DNA of 64,000 nucleotides from NCBI RefSeq assembly GCF_056746865.1, contig NZ_CM163382.1; one strand, 5' to 3'. Shown piece by piece: positions 58,058 to 64,000 of this stretch (position 1 is its first letter; each line of letters starts with the position of its first letter). The notes under the pieces were generated by a model. It saw only the letters and a program-made list of their open reading frames with translations, ran no database searches and was not told where the DNA came from. The position numbers and the translations under genes were made by a program.

Positions 58058-58081
58058 CCCTCTCCCCAAAGGGGAGAGGGG
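58058..58081. other. Perfect 10-bp G/C-rich stem-loop between convergent dolP and yraQ
   Basis: ccctctcccc-aaa-ggggagaggg, preceded by the related ttcccctcaccctaaccc; no flanking U-tract on either strand. Confidence 0.6.
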
Positions 58082-58116
58082 ACCGTCCAGTGCTGTATTC
58101 AGGAGCATCCAACATC

Positions 58117-59157
58117 TTAGGCCAACAGCGCCAACCCGCCGACAATCACACCAGATACTGCCACCATCGCCCCCGTCAGCCATAAGGCTTTCGCCGGGAA
58201 CGCTTTACGCAGCATAATCAGTGACGGCAAACTCACCGCCGGGAGCGTCATCAACAATGCCAGCGCCGGAGCGGTTCCCATACCTGCCAGCATCATCGTT
58301 TGCACAATTGGAATTTCTGCTGCCGTGGGAATGACAAACAAGCATCCTGCTACCGCCATCGCCACCACCCACATAAGGCTGTTATCGACAGCACCATCGG
58401 CATGGGGGAATAACCAGACGCGAGCGGCACCCAACACCAGTACTGCAAGGATGTAAACCGGGATCGTACTCCAGAAAAGCGTCCATAGCGCCCTGCCCCA
58501 GCGGCTAAAAAATCCGCCCTGCGCTTCCGGTATGTCAATTTCGACCGGTGCCTGCGTTAGCGGTATTTCACGTACCCATTTTTGTACCAGCGTCGCAATC
58601 AGCAACACCATCGCAAGGCCTGCAACCAGACGAATCGCGGCAAATTGCCAACCGAGGACAAACCCCATAAACACCAGCGTCGCCGGGTTTAACAACGGAT
58701 TGCCCATCCAGAATGCCAGCGCCCCGCCCATCGATACCTGTTGGCGACGCATTCCCGCCGCGACCGGAGCCGCACAGCAGGTACACATCATGCCCGGCAG
58801 CGAAAACAGCGTTCCCAGCAGCGTGCCGCGAAAGCGCGATTGCCCAAGCGTACGCAGCAACCAGTCACGCGGGATCAGCACCTGTATCAACGAACCGAGG
58901 ATCACCCCCAGCACCGCCGCTTTCCATACCGCGAGGAAATAGATCATCGCGTAATCCAACGCCGCCTGCCACGGATTAGCATCCGCCTGCGCAAGGATAG
59001 ATTTACCGATACTGTGGGTTTCGGCAGCAGTAAACGCTTTGCCGTAGTAAGGTTGCCATTTCACATACCAGAGACCGGCAATGACAACCAGAAAGAAAAG
59101 CGCGGGTTTCCACCACTGAATGGGCGTTGCCGCCTGAGATGAAGACTGACCAGTCAT
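58117..59157 (-). CDS. yraQ: Predicted permease YraQ
   Basis: 346-aa multi-TM ORF recognised. Confidence 0.88.
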   Translation of the reverse strand: MTGQSSSQAATPIQWWKPALFFLVVIAGLWYVKWQPYYGKAFTAAETHSIGKSILAQADANPWQAALDYAMIYFLAVWKAAVLGVILGSLIQVLIPRDWLLRTLGQSRFRGTLLGTLFSLPGMMCTCCAAPVAAGMRRQQVSMGGALAFWMGNPLLNPATLVFMGFVLGWQFAAIRLVAGLAMVLLIATLVQKWVREIPLTQAPVEIDIPEAQGGFFSRWGRALWTLFWSTIPVYILAVLVLGAARVWLFPHADGAVDNSLMWVVAMAVAGCLFVIPTAAEIPIVQTMMLAGMGTAPALALLMTLPAVSLPSLIMLRKAFPAKALWLTGAMVAVSGVIVGGLALLA

Positions 59158-59229
59158 AGCATTCCCCAGGAATAAGTTATGATAATTGAGCGCGTGAATA
59201 TTACGCTCACTATCAATTCTTGGGAATAA

Positions 59230-59875
<646 letters not shown>

Positions 59876-59902
59876 TTACAGAATTGTCTGCCTTGCGCTC
59901 CC

Positions 59903-60490
<588 letters not shown>

Positions 60491-60511
<21 letters not shown>

Positions 60512-60934
60512 GTTACGTAGCCAGATCATTTTTTTACCAAAGCCCAGCGTGTTGTCGGTGAATTTGATTTCATCAAGCCGGATTTCCCATACCGGGGCCG
60601 ACAGCATTCTGGCAACCGGAAAGCGACGGTTGTACGCCTTGCGTGCGAGGTCGCTTTCCTCACCTTCAAGCCTGCGGATCTCGCCTTTAAATTGCACGCC
60701 GCGAATTAACGCTACCGTTTTCGGCTGACCGTTTACAGTTCCGGCAACTGCCGCCTGCGGCCCACTCATCTGCGCGTGGCGCGTTTTTTCTTCCGTCAAA
60801 ATGTAGAAGGCGACTTTCTGCGCATCAAAAAGATAAAAGGCATTGGCGCACCACAATTCCCCTTCCTGCTGCACACACCAGGTGACAACATGTTGTTTTG
60901 CCAGCCAACGGCTGATGGCGGTGAGTGTTTCCAT
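60491..60934 (-). CDS. yhbP: Pyridoxamine-5'-phosphate-oxidase-like protein YhbP
   Basis: 147-aa ORF recognised; its 3' end overlaps the yhbO 3' end by 21 nt (convergent). Confidence 0.85.
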
Positions 60935-60984
60935 TGCTGTTCTCTTTTATACTGTGGGCCTGACCTTAACATGCGACGCAGACG

Positions 60985-61287
60985 ATGACACCCTGGTTTC
61001 TTTACTTGATCCGTACCGCCGACAATAAGCTTTATACCGGGATCACCACGGATGTCGAACGCCGCTATCAGCAGCACCAAAGCGGCAAAGGGGCGAAAGC
61101 ACTGCGCGGGAAAGGAGAACTAACGCTGGCGTTTTCCGCGCCAGTGGGCGATCGTTCGCTGGCGTTACGGGCAGAATATCGCGTTAAGCAACTGACCAAA
61201 CGGCAAAAAGAACGTCTGGTAGCGGAAGGCGCAGGGTTTGCAGAACTGTTGAGCAGCCTGCAAACCCCAAAGGTTAAAAGCGATTGA
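60985..61287 (+). CDS. yhbQ: GIY-YIG domain endonuclease-like protein YhbQ
   Basis: 100-aa ORF with GIY-YIG-type motif ([16 protein letters not shown]...). Confidence 0.88.
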   Translation: MTPWFLYLIRTADNKLYTGITTDVERRYQQHQSGKGAKALRGKGELTLAFSAPVGDRSLALRAEYRVKQLTKRQKERLVAEGAGFAELLSSLQTPKVKSD

Positions 61288-61777
61288 AGTGCTCGTGATA
61301 CTCAACCAGACCGGTTACGCCATTCAGCGCGTCATCCGCTAAACGATGTACCTGGAAGGCGCTTTCAGTGCCCGGCCAGCGGCAACGCAGATCGTGATGC
61401 GCCGCCAGCTCAAAGCCGAAACGACTGTACAGCGCCGGATCGCCCAGCGTCACCACTGCGGCATAGCCGAACTCATTAAGCGAATCGAGTCCTTCATAGA
61501 CCAGTTGGCGTGCCAGCCCTTGTCCACGGTATTTTTCATCAACCGCCAACGGTGCCATGCCGACCCATTGCAGGTCTTCGCCCTGCACATCAACCGGACT
61601 AAATGCCACATAGCCAATGACCTGACCTTCGTCATCTGTCGCCACCAGCCCCAGCGTCAGAAAGCCATCTTCACGCAGATCGTGAACCAGCTTCGCTTCC
61701 GCATCACTTTCGAATGAACGACGCAGCAGGGCATCAATACCCGGCGCATCAATGGGAATTTCTACTCGAATTAGCAT
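61274..61777 (-). CDS. yhbS: GNAT-family N-acetyltransferase YhbS
   Basis: 167-aa ORF recognised; convergent 3' overlap with yhbQ. Confidence 0.88.
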   Translation of the reverse strand: MLIRVEIPIDAPGIDALLRRSFESDAEAKLVHDLREDGFLTLGLVATDDEGQVIGYVAFSPVDVQGEDLQWVGMAPLAVDEKYRGQGLARQLVYEGLDSLNEFGYAAVVTLGDPALYSRFGFELAAHHDLRCRWPGTESAFQVHRLADDALNGVTGLVEYHEHFNRF

Positions 61778-62319
61778 GGTTCACCTACCGATGTCTGTTT
61801 GGTTTCAGGCGCGGTTTTCATTCCCGCCTCAACAAAATCCGCCAGTTGCAGCAGCATCATGCGTAAGGCTTTCGGCATTTGCTCCAGTTCAATGGCGTCC
61901 ATCAGGTTTTTCACATACAGCCCCAGCTCCGTATCGCCTTCAATCACCAGCCGACGCTGGAAGAAGAGCGTATCCGGATCTTGTTTACGCGCCGCAATCA
62001 TCAGCAGATCGCTGGCGTCGGCACTAAAACTCACATCAGCTTGCGCGTTCTGGCTAACGACCAGTTTGCCATTCACCACCGAGGTAAACCATTGCAGGTC
62101 AATATCACGCACATGAATACTTAACCAGCGGCCTTCAAGAAACTCCAGCTCGCCATCATCCAGCGCCTGACGGAATTGCCAGCTTAAGACCTGCTCAAGA
62201 ACCTGGCGTTTTAGCGCAAATGGCGTCAGTTTTACCGGTACACTCAACAGAGATGGCCCCAAATGCACAATACGGGAACGCAGTTTATCCAACACGAGTT
62301 TTACTCCCTGTTTCAACAA
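61771..62319 (-). CDS. ubiT: SCP2-domain protein UbiT (YhbT), O2-independent ubiquinone biosynthesis accessory factor
   Basis: ORF recognised; true start probably a few codons inside (about 174 aa). Confidence 0.85.
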   Translation of the reverse strand: MLKQGVKLVLDKLRSRIVHLGPSLLSVPVKLTPFALKRQVLEQVLSWQFRQALDDGELEFLEGRWLSIHVRDIDLQWFTSVVNGKLVVSQNAQADVSFSADASDLLMIAARKQDPDTLFFQRRLVIEGDTELGLYVKNLMDAIELEQMPKALRMMLLQLADFVEAGMKTAPETKQTSVGEPC

Positions 62320-62503
62320 TCATCCTATTTTGCCATATCAGAAAAATAACATAGCGGTATAAATCAACAATTCCATATGAAATTGCTGCTACCACCAATA
62401 CAACTTTAACTGCCTTAAATCAAAAATTGTCGCAGCAAGGTTAACTAAAATCCCAGTTCGTTAACATTTTTGCGCTTTGATAGCGCAACCTTCAGGAAAA
62501 ATT

Positions 62504-63499
62504 ATGGAGCTGCTCTGCCCTGCCGGAAATCTCCCGGCGCTTAAGGCGGCCATCGAAAACGGCGCAGATGCTGTTTATATCGGGCTAAAAGATGATACCA
62601 ATGCCCGTCACTTCGCCGGCCTTAACTTTACCGAGAAAAAATTGCAGGAAGCGGTGAGTTTTGTCCATCAACATCGCCGCAAACTTCACATCGCGATTAA
62701 CACTTTTGCGCACCCGGACGGTTACGCCCGCTGGCAGCGCGCCGTGGATATGGCGGCGCAGCTGGGTGCCGACGCGCTGATCCTCGCCGACCTCGCCATG
62801 CTGGAGTACGCCGCCGAGCGTTACCCGCATATTGAACGTCATGTGTCAGTGCAGGCTTCGGCGACTAATGAAGAGGCGATTCACTTTTATCATCGCCATT
62901 TTGACGTTGCACGCGTGGTGCTGCCGCGCGTGTTGTCGATTCATCAGGTGAAACAACTAGCACGGGTCACACCTGTACCACTGGAAGTCTTTGCTTTCGG
63001 CAGCCTGTGCATTATGTCGGAAGGTCGTTGCTATCTGTCGTCGTATCTGACGGGTGAGTCGCCCAACACCGTGGGCGCGTGTTCTCCGGCCCGTTTCGTG
63101 CGCTGGCAGCAAACGCCGCAGGGGCTGGAATCTCGCCTGAACGAAGTGCTGATCGACCGTTATCAGGACGGCGAAAACGCAGGTTATCCGACGCTGTGTA
63201 AAGGGCGTTATCTGGTGGACGGCGAGCGCTATCACGCGCTGGAAGAACCAACCAGTCTCAATACCCTTGAGCTACTGCCGGAGTTAATGGCGGCGAATAT
63301 CGCTTCGGTGAAAATTGAAGGCCGCCAGCGTAGCCCGGCGTATGTCAGCCAGGTGGCAAAAGTCTGGCGTCAGGCTATCGACCGTTGTAAGGCCGATCCG
63401 CAAAACTTCGTACCACAAAGCGCGTGGATGGAGACGCTCGGGTCGATGTCCGAAGGCACGCAGACCACCCTTGGCGCGTATCACCGTAAATGGCAGTGA
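62504..63499 (+). CDS. ubiU: U32-peptidase-family protein UbiU (YhbU), O2-independent ubiquinone hydroxylation
   Basis: ORF track 62477..63499; start at MELLCPAGNL (331 aa); divergent from ubiT. Confidence 0.9.
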   Translation: MELLCPAGNLPALKAAIENGADAVYIGLKDDTNARHFAGLNFTEKKLQEAVSFVHQHRRKLHIAINTFAHPDGYARWQRAVDMAAQLGADALILADLAMLEYAAERYPHIERHVSVQASATNEEAIHFYHRHFDVARVVLPRVLSIHQVKQLARVTPVPLEVFAFGSLCIMSEGRCYLSSYLTGESPNTVGACSPARFVRWQQTPQGLESRLNEVLIDRYQDGENAGYPTLCKGRYLVDGERYHALEEPTSLNTLELLPELMAANIASVKIEGRQRSPAYVSQVAKVWRQAIDRCKADPQNFVPQSAWMETLGSMSEGTQTTLGAYHRKWQ

Positions 63500-63507
63500 G
63501 AAGAGCA

Positions 63508-64000
63508 ATGAAATATTCCTTAGGGCCGGTGCTATGGTACTGGCCAAAAGAGACGCTGGAAGATTTTTATCAGCAGGCCGCCGCCAGCAACGCAGACGTG
63601 ATTTATCTCGGTGAAGCGGTCTGTAGCAAACGCCGGGCAACCAAAGTTGGCGACTGGCTGGAGATGGCGAAATCGCTCGCCGGAAGTGGCAAGCAGATTG
63701 TGCTCTCCACGCTGGCACTGGTGCAGGCGTCCTCCGAACTGGGCGAACTGAAACGCTATGTTGAGAACGGTGAGTTTCTGATTGAAGCCAGCGATCTCGG
63801 CGTGGTGAATATGTGCGCTGAACGCAAACTGCCGTTCGTCGCCGGGCACGCGCTGAACTGCTACAACGCGGTGACCCTGAAAATATTGCTCAAACAGGGC
63901 ATGATGCGCTGGTGTATGCCGGTGGAGCTATCCCGCGACTGGCTGGTGAATCTGCTTAATCAGTGCGATGAGCTGGGCATTCGCAACCAGTTTGAAGTGG
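63508..64000 (+). CDS. ubiV: U32-peptidase-family protein UbiV (YhbV), 5' portion; continues past the window end
   Basis: ATG at 63508, 9 nt after the ubiU stop; open frame to the window edge; recognised by synteny and the first residues (MKYSLGPVLWYWPKETLEDFYQQ). Confidence 0.8.
   Translation, partial: MKYSLGPVLWYWPKETLEDFYQQAAASNADVIYLGEAVCSKRRATKVGDWLEMAKSLAGSGKQIVLSTLALVQASSELGELKRYVENGEFLIEASDLGVVNMCAERKLPFVAGHALNCYNAVTLKILLKQGMMRWCMPVELSRDWLVNLLNQCDELGIRNQFEV

Overview
This window reads as a contiguous piece of an Escherichia coli-type chromosome, syntenic with the K-12 ygjQ–alx–sstT–uxaCA–exuTR–yqj–yha–tdc–rnpB–gar–prlF/yhaV–aga–rsmI–lpoA–yhb(ubiTUV) region. Gene identities are from my own recognition of the translated ORFs and gene order; no database search was run. 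Nearly all the sequence is accounted for by about 75 recognisable protein genes, one RNA gene (rnpB, RNase P M1 RNA), one insertion sequence, REP/BIME repeats, terminators and a few regulatory sites. I did not find convincing evidence of a previously undescribed system. The most notable observations are: (1) a complete 768-bp IS1 with a 9-bp target duplication inserted into the 3' end of yhaI; (2) an intact agaW-agaE-agaF-agaA segment of the N-acetylgalactosamine/galactosamine cluster, which from memory is deleted in K-12; (3) agaI lies 49 bp from rsmI, so the yraHIJK fimbrial operon I recall at this position in K-12 is absent; (4) an AT-rich, poorly characterised tdcR-yhaB-yhaC block next to rnpB; (5) a GC-rich structured spacer between alx and sstT; (6) several clusters of small proteins of unknown function (yqjCDEK, yhaH/yhaI). 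Features (2) and (3) indicate a non-K-12 E. coli strain. Start codons were adjusted from the ORF track using Shine-Dalgarno context and remembered protein lengths, so they carry a few codons of uncertainty.
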